From: an uncultured Ruminiclostridium sp.
GTDB lineage: Bacteria > Bacillota > Clostridia > Oscillospirales > Ruminococcaceae
Direction: 5' to 3'
Assembly (NCBI GenBank): GCA_964527695.1
Contig: CAZGRB010000001.1
Location: 1 to 38,241, forward strand
DNA: 38,241 nt
This document shows, one piece after another, positions 17,118 to 25,547 of this stretch. The notes beneath the pieces are model-generated. The model was not told the origin of the DNA, made no database searches, and was given only the letters and a program-made list of their open reading frames with translations. Position 1 is the first letter of the stretch, and every line of letters begins with the position of its first letter. A program made the translations under genes and the position numbers.

Positions 17118-18068
17118 TCAGCCGTTTCTTGTGAACGGGGGCTTCACATTTTTTACAATATCACGGAGAATATCCATGTGCTGGAGTCGTGCGTCTCGGG
17201 AAAGGCGCAGACGGTGAGGAAGAACATAGGGAGTCATTCTCAGTACGTCCTCAGGAATTACGTATGCTCTGCCGTTAAGGAAAGCATAGCTCTGCGCAGT
17301 TCTCATAAGTGCGAGGGAAGCACGGGGACTTGCCCCAAGCTGTACCGAAGCATGGTTACGGGTTGCCGTAACGATATCGACTATGTACCTGTAAACCGAA
17401 GGCTCGATATTTATCTGGCGCACAAGCTCAATAAGCGATACAATTTCTTCCTTTGTGCATACAGGAATAATATTGTCAAGAGGATTGTCCGTCTGACGGC
17501 TGGCAAGCATATTGATTTCCTGCTCGGCAGTCGGATAACCCATGGAAATTTTCATTATAAAACGGTCAAGCTGAGCCTCGGGAAGAGGAAATGTTCCCAC
17601 ATAGCCAAGTTCATTCTGGGTTGCAATAACCATAAATGGAGCGGGAAGCTTATGTGTGACGCCGTCAACGGTAACGTTCTGCTCCTCCATAGCTTCAAGA
17701 AGCGCAGACTGCGTTTTCGGGGTAGCACGGTTTATTTCATCCGCAAGAAGAATATTGGTCATAACAAGGCCCTGACGGTATTCAAAACGGTTGGTTTCCT
17801 TATTGAACATATTGAAGCCCGTAAGGTCGGATGCCATTACGTCGGGAGTGAACTGGGCACGACGGCTTACAAGTCCCGTAGCTCTGCCGAGAGCGGTAGC
17901 AAGAGTAGTCTTTCCTGTACCCGGTACATCCTCGATAAGCACGTGACCCTCGGAAAGCAGAGCAATAAGCAGCATTGTGATAACATCACGCTTACCGACA
18001 ATTACCTTTTCCACCTCGTCAGCCACCTGCTGAAGCTTTTTACTTTTAGCGATTGTATATTTATCCAT
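17118..18068 (-). CDS. moxR: MoxR-family AAA+ ATPase (copy 2)
   Basis: HVLIEDVPGTGKT, QFTPDVMASDLTG, LLADEINRATPKTQSALLE, FPLPEAQLDRF and GASPRA. Confidence 0.95.
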   Translation of the reverse strand: MDKYTIAKSKKLQQVADEVEKVIVGKRDVITMLLIALLSEGHVLIEDVPGTGKTTLATALGRATGLVSRRAQFTPDVMASDLTGFNMFNKETNRFEYRQGLVMTNILLADEINRATPKTQSALLEAMEEQNVTVDGVTHKLPAPFMVIATQNELGYVGTFPLPEAQLDRFIMKISMGYPTAEQEINMLASRQTDNPLDNIIPVCTKEEIVSLIELVRQINIEPSVYRYIVDIVTATRNHASVQLGASPRASLALMRTAQSYAFLNGRAYVIPEDVLRMTPYVLPHRLRLSRDARLQHMDILRDIVKNVKPPFTRNG

Positions 18069-18105
18069 TTTTTCCTGTCCTTATAGCAAGTCTTTTTCAA
18101 ATTTA

Positions 18106-18134
18106 ATTATATCACTTTTCCACAGTAAAATCAA
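18106..18134 (-). promoter_or_regulatory. Sigma-A promoter of the moxR2 operon
   Basis: TTGATT-17 bp-TATAAT with TGn. Confidence 0.7.
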
Positions 18135-18148
18135 CCGCTTTTGAAAAT

Positions 18149-18165
18149 TGTAATAAATTTGTAAT
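18149..18165. promoter_or_regulatory. Candidate OmpR-family (WalR-like) direct-repeat box
   Basis: TGTAAT-AAATT-TGTAAT, part of a perfect 11-bp-period tandem TTGTAATAAAT x2, just upstream of the moxR2 -35. Confidence 0.5.
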
Positions 18166-18191
18166 AAATTAAGGGCATATAATCAAAAACC

Positions 18192-18218
18192 AAGGCGGAT
18201 TGCAACGCAATCCGCCTT
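18192..18218 (-). terminator. Terminator of the GH5 gene
   Basis: AAGGCGGATTGC-3 nt-GCAATCCGCCTT followed by GGTTTTT. Confidence 0.8.
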
Positions 18219-18222
18219 ATTA

Positions 18223-19899
18223 TTATTTAACTGTAATTTTGTTTGAAAGATTTCCTTTATTTCCGTCGCTGTCAACTGCACGGATTGCAAATTTGTAATC
18301 GTACTTATCAAAATCAAGTCCCGAAATATTTATACTGGTTCTTGTACTCTTGACAGTTGCAAGCTTCTTATATGTCTTTCCGTTTGTTGTGTAGAAAATC
18401 TGATACTTTGCCACACCGCCGATGCTGTCCCATGTAAGGGTAACCTTATTGCCGTTCTTTTTACCCGAAAGCTTTGTTACAGCCTTTGCCTTTGTAACCG
18501 AAAGCTTTGCAGGAGCGGAATAGGCGCTCCATTTGCCCGACTTTTTGTCATAGGACTTTACGTAATAATAATATGTACCGCCAATGTCGGAATTTCTGTT
18601 TATGCAGTTAGTGTTCGTGGTCTGTGCAATCCTTGTCTTTGTGCCGTTTGCGCTTGCAGAACGGTATACACGGTACTTGGAAGCACCGTCAACCTTTGTC
18701 CAGCTTAAATTTACATAGAAACCGTCCTGTTCAGCCTTAACCGTAATTGCACTTGTTGTCTTATCGGAGGAAGAGGAGGATGAAGATGAAGAAGAACTCT
18801 TCATAGCAGGCGCACCCGCCTTCACGATTGCTTTTGCAATATCCTCCTGAGTCCATTTAACAGTAGCACGGTCGATAATTTTATATGCAACATCGTTATT
18901 GTCCCAAATTGCACAGCTTATGCCGTGTTCACGGGCGTAGGAAATCCAGTTTGTGAAATATTCGGGAGTATTATCGTTGTATACGTTGTTATTAGGATCA
19001 AGATTATACTCGGAAAGAATCGCAGGGATTCCCTTGCTTACGTATGTATCATAAATTGTATCAATCGCCCACTTATAGGTTGCTTTTGCCTTTGTGTAAA
19101 GATGAAAATCAACGATAAGACGGTTCTTCACTGTATCCTCGGGAAGCTCAAAGCCCTTGACGGTAACACCGTCAACTGAGGTATCGTAGCCGCCCACAAG
19201 AATATATCTGTCCTTGTTGTTACCGCCTGACTTGCGGATAACATCAAGTGAAGCCTGATTTATCTTGTTGATACACTCAACTGCGTCAACAACCTCCGCA
19301 GGAGGATTATTCACCTGGAACCACCATTCAACATCAGTACCCTTAAGGCGGGGCTCGTTGGAAAGCTCAAAAACAAGTCTGTCGTCTGTGCTGCTGAATT
19401 TTTCCGCAAGCTGACCCCATACCTTTGTCATGTATTTTTCAGAATTATCATAATGAGCAGAATCGGGATAGTAATATTCCTTTTCAATGTCATGATGAAC
19501 ATTGAGAATTACATAAAGCCCTGCGTCAAGGGACCAGTCGACCACCTCTACCACACGGTCAAGCCATTTTTCACTGATATTGTAATCCTCGTCTACATGA
19601 ACGCTCCATGAAGCAGGGATACGGATTGTATCAAAGCCCATGTTTTTTACGGCTTTGACAAGCTCTTTCGTAGCAGGTGCACCGCACCATACTGTCTCAT
19701 ATTTCATTTCGTCGCCGCCGACCCAGCCTGTCACCGCATCGAAGCAATTACCCAGATTCCAGATTGCACCGAGGCCGTCGACAAATCTTGTCGCCTCGTT
19801 ATCGGGAACGGTAACTGCCGCAGAAGCGGAAAGGGGCATTGACGTCAGAGCCATGACTGCCGCCATTAATATACCTGTGATTTTCTTTAATAATTTCAT
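18223..19899 (-). CDS. Secreted glycoside hydrolase family 5 (GH5_4-like endoglucanase) with Ser linker and two FN3-like domains
   Basis: Signal peptide ending ASA; WNLGN, TIRIPASW, ILNVHHD, FELSNEPR (acid/base), HLY, ILSEY (nucleophile) and WDN; poly-Ser linker; LSWTKVDGASKYRVYR-type repeats. Confidence 0.9.
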   Translation of the reverse strand: MKLLKKITGILMAAVMALTSMPLSASAAVTVPDNEATRFVDGLGAIWNLGNCFDAVTGWVGGDEMKYETVWCGAPATKELVKAVKNMGFDTIRIPASWSVHVDEDYNISEKWLDRVVEVVDWSLDAGLYVILNVHHDIEKEYYYPDSAHYDNSEKYMTKVWGQLAEKFSSTDDRLVFELSNEPRLKGTDVEWWFQVNNPPAEVVDAVECINKINQASLDVIRKSGGNNKDRYILVGGYDTSVDGVTVKGFELPEDTVKNRLIVDFHLYTKAKATYKWAIDTIYDTYVSKGIPAILSEYNLDPNNNVYNDNTPEYFTNWISYAREHGISCAIWDNNDVAYKIIDRATVKWTQEDIAKAIVKAGAPAMKSSSSSSSSSSSDKTTSAITVKAEQDGFYVNLSWTKVDGASKYRVYRSASANGTKTRIAQTTNTNCINRNSDIGGTYYYYVKSYDKKSGKWSAYSAPAKLSVTKAKAVTKLSGKKNGNKVTLTWDSIGGVAKYQIFYTTNGKTYKKLATVKSTRTSINISGLDFDKYDYKFAIRAVDSDGNKGNLSNKITVK

Positions 19900-19923
19900 A
19901 AACTATCCTTCCTGTTTAAAAAT

Positions 19924-19955
19924 AAACGGCATTTACCTTACGATAAATACCGTTT
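19924..19955 (-). terminator. Stem-loop between the acidic-protein gene and the GH5 gene
   Basis: Minus strand AAACGGTATTTATC-GTAA-GGTAAATGCCGTTT followed by ATTTTT. Confidence 0.6.
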
Positions 19956-19959
19956 TTTA

Positions 19960-20226
19960 TCAGAGTTCAGTGCTCTCGTTTTCTTCCTCTTCGTTTTCGT
20001 CAACGTAGGGAATGGAATCAGCGCCTGTAACGCCCAGTGCGTCATACTCAGCGTATTCATCCTCACCGAAGAACTCATCGTCATCGTCAATCATATCAAA
20101 ATCTTCAAATTCATCGAACTCGTCTGCTTCAGCGTCCATCTTTTTCTTGATAAAGAATACAGCTGTGAGTGCGCCTGCTAAGAGAGCGATAATTCCGACT
20201 AAAAGAGCGATAATATTCTTATTCAT
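19960..20226 (-). CDS. Small membrane-anchored protein with a highly acidic tail
   Basis: N-terminal TM, KKK stop-transfer, then about half of the remaining residues are D/E. Has an RBS (AGGAAGG) and its own TTGAAA-17-TATAAT promoter. Confidence 0.75.
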   Translation of the reverse strand: MNKNIIALLVGIIALLAGALTAVFFIKKKMDAEADEFDEFEDFDMIDDDDEFFGEDEYAEYDALGVTGADSIPYVDENEEEENESTEL

Positions 20227-20341
20227 TGGCTTTACCTTCCTTTGCTGTGGAGTTTACATATATAATATTGCAAGTTTATTATATAACATTTTTAACTGAT
20301 TTTCAAGGGGATTTGAAAATTCTGCATTTTTCACAAAAATG

Positions 20342-21124
20342 CTACATATTTCCTGTGACATTCATCAAAACGGAAATTGCCGCTACGGGTGCAGTCTCAC
20401 ATCTGAGAATGCGCTTGCCGAGGGTTGCAAGGCTTATGCCGCAGGATTGCGCAAGCTGGGCCTCATGCGGTTCAAAGCCGCCCTCGCTTCCTATAAAAAT
20501 ATCCACGACACCCTTATTTTTTCCGTTCATTATTTCATTTATACTTTGTCCGCCGCATTCATAGAACAATATGCCTGTATTATTTTTATCAAACGCCTTT
20601 TCCGCCTGCTCAAAGGTCACCATAGGCTGTATCTTCAGGATTCTGCCTCTTCCGCACTGCTTTGAAGCTTCATCGGCGATTTTCTGATAGCGCTCCTGCT
20701 TCTTTTCGGCACTTTTCGGGTCGGGTCTGGAAACACAGCGTTTCGACAGCACGGGAATTACCTCGGATGCGCCAAGCTCCGCCGCTTTCTGAACAATAAA
20801 TTCCATTTTGTCGGATTTGGGACAGCACTGGAAAAGACGCACATATATATCCGCCTCGGCTTCATTCTTCTGTGAATCAAGAATCTCCAGCTCAGCTGCG
20901 TTCTTGTCGGGATTTATGACACGGCAGAGGTAGTCGTTGCAGTTCCCGTCGCAGACAATGGCGTAATCCCCCTCTTTCATGCGCAGCACCTGACTGATAT
21001 GCTTTGAATCCTCAGGGGTAAGCACTGCGGTTTTTCCTATGTTTTCCGTGAAAAATCTGGGATAGCGCCAGCGCTCGATTTTTTCATCGGTTATTGTCTT
21101 TTCAAAGGTTTCTGTAAGTTCCAT
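20342..21124 (-). CDS. rsmE: 16S rRNA m3U1498 methyltransferase
   Basis: PRFF, HISQVLRM, KMEFIVQKAAELG, ASKQCGR, IGSEGGF and LGKRILRCETA. Confidence 0.96.
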   Translation of the reverse strand: MELTETFEKTITDEKIERWRYPRFFTENIGKTAVLTPEDSKHISQVLRMKEGDYAIVCDGNCNDYLCRVINPDKNAAELEILDSQKNEAEADIYVRLFQCCPKSDKMEFIVQKAAELGASEVIPVLSKRCVSRPDPKSAEKKQERYQKIADEASKQCGRGRILKIQPMVTFEQAEKAFDKNNTGILFYECGGQSINEIMNGKNKGVVDIFIGSEGGFEPHEAQLAQSCGISLATLGKRILRCETAPVAAISVLMNVTGNM

Positions 21125-21138
21125 TCTGTATTATTCCT

Positions 21139-22299
21139 TTATCTTTTTATTGCGTCTATCCACACAGAGGAATCATTGGGCGAAATGCCGTACACATAAA
21201 CGGGACGGACATAACCCTCCGAATCTGTGATATATTTCAGGAAAACTTCTTTGTTTTCATCGGATTCATCTTCGGGAATTTCTCGTGTGTAATTTACATT
21301 CTCATTGTTTTTAAACCATCTTTCTGCTTCCTCAAAAGGGATAATATCATATTCTCCCACTTTTTCAAAGCTTTCGGAATACTCTGCAACAGTTATTTCA
21401 ATACTGTGTGTTGTCTGATAAAGCTCGTTCCAGTCAGTTTGCACGATATAAGCGGCTGTTATTGTGTCTGTCAGCCCGTGGTGCGCTGCAAGAATATCCG
21501 CTTCGGTTGCATTGTCACAGCTCAGAAAAACGACTCTCGTTCCCGCCGCACCGCACATTTCACCCTCATCATTATGCCACCATAGACCATACCTCATGTT
21601 TTCGGAATAGTATTCATCCGCTTTAAAAGGGAAAATATCGGAATTTTCATTAATATAATCCATGAAGAAGGATGCAATTTCCTTTTCCTCTTCCTCTGAA
21701 ATTTCACAGGTGTAAAAATCGTCATTAAGGGTATAGCTTACAGAAGAAATCTTGTCGGGAAGATTTATGCCTATCTTTTTCAGGGAAATATCATCACTGC
21801 CCAGAGGGGAAACCGCCGAATATTTCAGCGGATTATTTCCGCTCCATGCAACAATTTCATACCGTTCCCTGTAATAATCATCATAATTGACTGTGGAAAC
21901 AATATGCACGGAAAACGATTGCTCATCATCTCTCAGGCTTGCGCAGAATCCGCCGTCCGATGTAAAAACATCCTCCGTATCGCTCCATATCGATTTAAGA
22001 TAATTATAATCAATACCGAATTTTTCCGCAATAGCCTTTCCGTCCGCCCTCTGGTCATCTGCTTTTCCCGTAGCCTTATAAACAGGCATTTTGCTGATTT
22101 TTGTCAGGTCAACATCGGGATAGGGATTTGAATTTGAACCGCTACGGTCTTCAACGCCCGAAAGCACAAGCCCGATCGGATCTATCTCAACGGTGTCCCA
22201 CATCAAAGGTGTGATTTCTCCGAACCCGGGAACTGTCTGACAGCCCGAAAGGGTTATCACAACACCGCACATAAGCGAGGCTATACTTTTCTTTTTCAT
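21139..22299 (-). CDS. Hypothetical lipoprotein
   Basis: Signal MKKK...LSGC lipobox; acidic soluble body with no motif I recognise. RBS GGAGAG. Confidence 0.75.
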   Translation of the reverse strand: MKKKSIASLMCGVVITLSGCQTVPGFGEITPLMWDTVEIDPIGLVLSGVEDRSGSNSNPYPDVDLTKISKMPVYKATGKADDQRADGKAIAEKFGIDYNYLKSIWSDTEDVFTSDGGFCASLRDDEQSFSVHIVSTVNYDDYYRERYEIVAWSGNNPLKYSAVSPLGSDDISLKKIGINLPDKISSVSYTLNDDFYTCEISEEEEKEIASFFMDYINENSDIFPFKADEYYSENMRYGLWWHNDEGEMCGAAGTRVVFLSCDNATEADILAAHHGLTDTITAAYIVQTDWNELYQTTHSIEITVAEYSESFEKVGEYDIIPFEEAERWFKNNENVNYTREIPEDESDENKEVFLKYITDSEGYVRPVYVYGISPNDSSVWIDAIKR

Positions 22300-22309
22300 T
22301 TTCTCTCCC

Positions 22310-22987
22310 TCACGAAAAAAGTCCCCCGATTCTGATTTTATTCAGCTCGCGGTCTGTTCTGAAAAATCCGTCATATATAGCTTCCCCAAACTTATAAAAA
22401 TCATCGGAGTGGTTGTGGACAAAAATATGGGTAACCTCGTGGGCGGCAACATAGCTTATATATTTTTCGGGAAGCTTGCACAGGGCGAGATTCAGGGTTA
22501 TAAGATTCTTCTGCCTGTTGTAGCTGCCCCAGCGGCTTTTAAGATACTTGAATTCAAGGCTTACGGGACTGCCTTTATACCCTGCGCGGTCAAGATAAAC
22601 CTTAACCGCTTCAGTGCAGATTCTACGGCATTCCTTAGCCATAAACACAAGCACTGCGGTTTCGATGCTTTCACCGTCAATAAGCGGCACAACCAGCATT
22701 CCGCCCTCGGCAGAGGCCTCCCCCACGCCATCTGTAACAGTAATCACGTAATGCCGCCCAAAAAGGGTGATAACGCTTCCGTCTGAAAGCTCCGACGGTG
22801 ACGGCGGCACAATCTCGGACAGTTTTTCACGCTGTTCTATTATCCAGTCGGTGCGGCTTTCCACAAAATCGTCAATAGTCTTCTGTGAAACGCCGTAGGG
22901 TGCGCTTACGTGAACACTTCCATCCGCTTTAACACGCAGGCGGAGGTTCTTCATGCCCCTCCGCCTTACAAGATTATATTTTTCCAT
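22310..22987 (-). CDS. YgjP/DUF45 (SprT-like) zinc-dependent hydrolase
   Basis: N-terminal LRLRVKADGSVHVSAP, KSRWGS and YVAAHEVTHIFVHNHSDDFY. Confidence 0.88.
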   Translation of the reverse strand: MEKYNLVRRRGMKNLRLRVKADGSVHVSAPYGVSQKTIDDFVESRTDWIIEQREKLSEIVPPSPSELSDGSVITLFGRHYVITVTDGVGEASAEGGMLVVPLIDGESIETAVLVFMAKECRRICTEAVKVYLDRAGYKGSPVSLEFKYLKSRWGSYNRQKNLITLNLALCKLPEKYISYVAAHEVTHIFVHNHSDDFYKFGEAIYDGFFRTDRELNKIRIGGLFS

Positions 22988-24492
22988 TAATATTTGCTGT
23001 CAGGTGTTTCCACAAATTCAGCAGTTGCATAAGAATCGTTCTTTGCAAAAGTACGGGGAGCAGATGCAGTTCTTGCAACAGGTGCAGAAGCCGCTTTGGG
23101 CGCAGGTCTTTCAGCTGCTCTGAAGGCTGTTTTCGCTGCAACGGGCTTTTCAGCCGCCACAGGAGCAGGCTTCTCAGCCGCAGGCTTTGAAACAGGCTTT
23201 TCTGCTGCCTTAGGCGCTGTTTTTTCCACAACAGGCTTAGGTGCAGGAGCTGTTCTTGCAGCAGGCTTCTGTACAGCAGGCTTTGTCTCTTCCTTGAAAT
23301 TAAAATCGCTTATTTCTGCCCTGAGAGCATCAGAACGGGAAGCAAGCTTCTGTGCGGAAGCGGCGCAAGCCTGCGCAGCACTATCGGCACGCTTTGCAGC
23401 TGCACCGATAAAGTCAACGCCCTCGTCAATCTTACCGATAACTGTTCTCTGCTCGTCGCAGGAATCGCTGATAACACCTACAAGACGGGAAACCTCACGT
23501 GTTTCCTCGGCAATTGCCGCAAGGGACTTTGCTGTCTGGTCGGTTTTCGCAACACCCTCACGTACATTTCTTACACATTCCTCAATAACAGCAGTTGTCT
23601 GCTGAGCGGCCTCCTGCGACTTGGTTGCAAGGGTCTTTACCTCGCCTGCAACAACTGCGAAGCCTTTTCCTGCACCGCCTGCTCTTGCCGCTTCTACAGA
23701 AGAGTTGAGGGCAAGGATGTTTGTCTGGAATGCGATATCTTCAATAACCTTTACGAACTTTGTGATTTCGTCTGTGGACTTGCTGATATTATCCATAGCG
23801 GCAAGCAGGTCCTTCATATGTACGTTGCCTGCTTCAATTTCAGAAGCGGCGGATGCGGCAATTTTATCTGCCTTATGAGCGTTTTCGGATGTAGCGTCAA
23901 CTGTTCCTCTGATGCTTTCAACGGATTCGGAAAGCTGCTTTAAAGCACCTGCCTGCGCTCCTGTGTCAGCGGAAAGGGAAGCAAATGCACCGCTTACCTG
24001 TACGCCCTCGGCATTTACCTGCTCAGCACTGCGGCAGATTGCGCCGAATTTACGGTTAAAACTGTCGGCAAGCGTCTGAAGGCTCTTGCCTGTTTCTGTA
24101 TTCTTAAGAGAATCGGGAAGCTGTGCGGAAAAATCCCCTGCCGCAAGCTTTGCGATAAACTCGTTTTCTGCACTCTTGTCAAAAATTCCGCCGCAGATTG
24201 CATCAGAAGCCTTGACGATTTCCGCAGGAATTTCGTCGCCCTTTACAGCTTCGCCTGCCGCAAGCTTTTCAAGTGAATCTGAAATTGCGGAATTGAGCTT
24301 CTTTGAAGCCCATGCGGCAGCTACGGCAGAGCCGATGATTGTAACCGCGGCAGCAGCCACAACACCTGCGATGAGGTCGCTTCCGTTCATACATAAAGCC
24401 GCAAGAACAAGTGTTACAATTCCGCAGACAACGCCGATTGCGGAAACGATAGTAATATGATCCAAAATGACTTTTCTGATATTCTTTTTCAT
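22987..24492 (-). CDS. Methyl-accepting chemotaxis protein with no extracellular sensor and a Pro/Ala/Lys-rich tail
   Basis: IEDIAFQTNILALNSSVEAARAGGAGKGFAVVAGEVKTLA hairpin-tip signature; two adjacent N-terminal TMs. Confidence 0.93.
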   Translation of the reverse strand: MKKNIRKVILDHITIVSAIGVVCGIVTLVLAALCMNGSDLIAGVVAAAAVTIIGSAVAAAWASKKLNSAISDSLEKLAAGEAVKGDEIPAEIVKASDAICGGIFDKSAENEFIAKLAAGDFSAQLPDSLKNTETGKSLQTLADSFNRKFGAICRSAEQVNAEGVQVSGAFASLSADTGAQAGALKQLSESVESIRGTVDATSENAHKADKIAASAASEIEAGNVHMKDLLAAMDNISKSTDEITKFVKVIEDIAFQTNILALNSSVEAARAGGAGKGFAVVAGEVKTLATKSQEAAQQTTAVIEECVRNVREGVAKTDQTAKSLAAIAEETREVSRLVGVISDSCDEQRTVIGKIDEGVDFIGAAAKRADSAAQACAASAQKLASRSDALRAEISDFNFKEETKPAVQKPAARTAPAPKPVVEKTAPKAAEKPVSKPAAEKPAPVAAEKPVAAKTAFRAAERPAPKAASAPVARTASAPRTFAKNDSYATAEFVETPDSKY

Positions 24493-24592
24493 AAGACAGC
24501 CTCCTGTGCCGATTCAATGTATTATTTCTATTTTAGCACATTTTTCATATTTTGTCTATAATTTTTCTGCTTTATCTGCGTTTTCACCAGTT

Positions 24593-25003
24593 TTAATTCA
24601 ATATTTTGGCAAAAATCACTGCGTCATCGTCCCCGTAGTAGCCTTTACGGACGGAAATTTCTTCAAAGCCTGCCTTCTTGTAAAGGGAAATTGCGGGAAC
24701 ATTCCTTGAACGAACCTCAAGAAAGATTTTCTCGCTGTCCCGTCGGCGGCATTCCTCAATAAAACCCGTGAGGAGCTTATCGCCAAGTCCCCGTCTTCTG
24801 AAATCATCGGAAACGGCTATCCTGTAAAGCTCCGCTTCCCCGCAGACAATGCTCCCGAGAGCATATCCGCAGGGAATACCGTTTTCTTCTGTTATAAGCC
24901 AAATTCCATTGCCGCTTGCAAGCTGGTTTTCCAATGCCGTAAGACTCCACGGGTCGGAAAAACAGGCGGTCTCAAGAGCATATATTTTTTCTGCGTCGGT
25001 CAT
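24593..25003 (-). CDS. rimI: RimI-like N-acetyltransferase
   Basis: ETACFSDPWS, IAVSDDFRRRGLG and FLEVRSRNVPAISLYKKAGF...RKGYY...DA. Confidence 0.88.
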   Translation of the reverse strand: MTDAEKIYALETACFSDPWSLTALENQLASGNGIWLITEENGIPCGYALGSIVCGEAELYRIAVSDDFRRRGLGDKLLTGFIEECRRRDSEKIFLEVRSRNVPAISLYKKAGFEEISVRKGYYGDDDAVIFAKILN

Positions 25004-25012
25004 AGCTTCTCC

Positions 25013-25534
25013 TTATCTGAAATCGTGGACTTCGGGGGAATCCATGTTGTAGCCTGCCTCGGCGGATTCAATATCCACATAGTATTTTTTCCTGTCGTCA
25101 GGGTCGTAGTATACGGTAACGCTTCTGCCTACAAGATAGTCAATCTTTTTCATTACATTTCCCGAGCTGTAGAGATATACTTCGCCCGTAGCGGGGTCGG
25201 TCACCTGACATTCTGCCTTGTAAGGGTGTCTGCCGTTGACGGTAACCTGAAGATTTCTTACGACATCCGTTATGACACCCTCTGCCTGAACGCCTGTTTC
25301 AAGGAGTCTGCTTATGGTGTTTCTTCTTCTGATTGCCACAATAAGGAACGGCAGTCCTATGATAAGGAAAAGCAGACCGATGCCGCCGAAAATATACAGG
25401 AACAGCATTGTCTCATCGCCCTCGCCGATGCTATTTCCGTAAGCGGTTGTTCCTGCGCCTGCGCACATCAGCACAAATCCTACAACGCAGAAAACAATGC
25501 CGATTATCATACTTACAGATGGTGCTTTTTTCAT
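25013..25534 (-). CDS. DUF3592-like membrane protein (paralogue B)
   Basis: Two TMs and a beta-rich domain (NGRHPY...DPATGEVYLYSS...VTVYYDPDDRKKYYVD). Start 25534 has RBS GGGAG. Confidence 0.75.
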   Translation of the reverse strand: MKKAPSVSMIIGIVFCVVGFVLMCAGAGTTAYGNSIGEGDETMLFLYIFGGIGLLFLIIGLPFLIVAIRRRNTISRLLETGVQAEGVITDVVRNLQVTVNGRHPYKAECQVTDPATGEVYLYSSGNVMKKIDYLVGRSVTVYYDPDDRKKYYVDIESAEAGYNMDSPEVHDFR

Positions 25535-25547
25535 TTTATTATCTCCC

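Noticed and set aside
16926..18086. 386-aa antisense ORF over moxR2
   Set aside because: Lies opposite well-supported genes (moxR2 and the DUF58 start); typical antisense open frame with no domain signal.
18765..18800. GAA/GGA-rich low-complexity run
   Set aside because: Encodes the poly-Ser linker of the GH5 with mixed codons; not a slippage tract.
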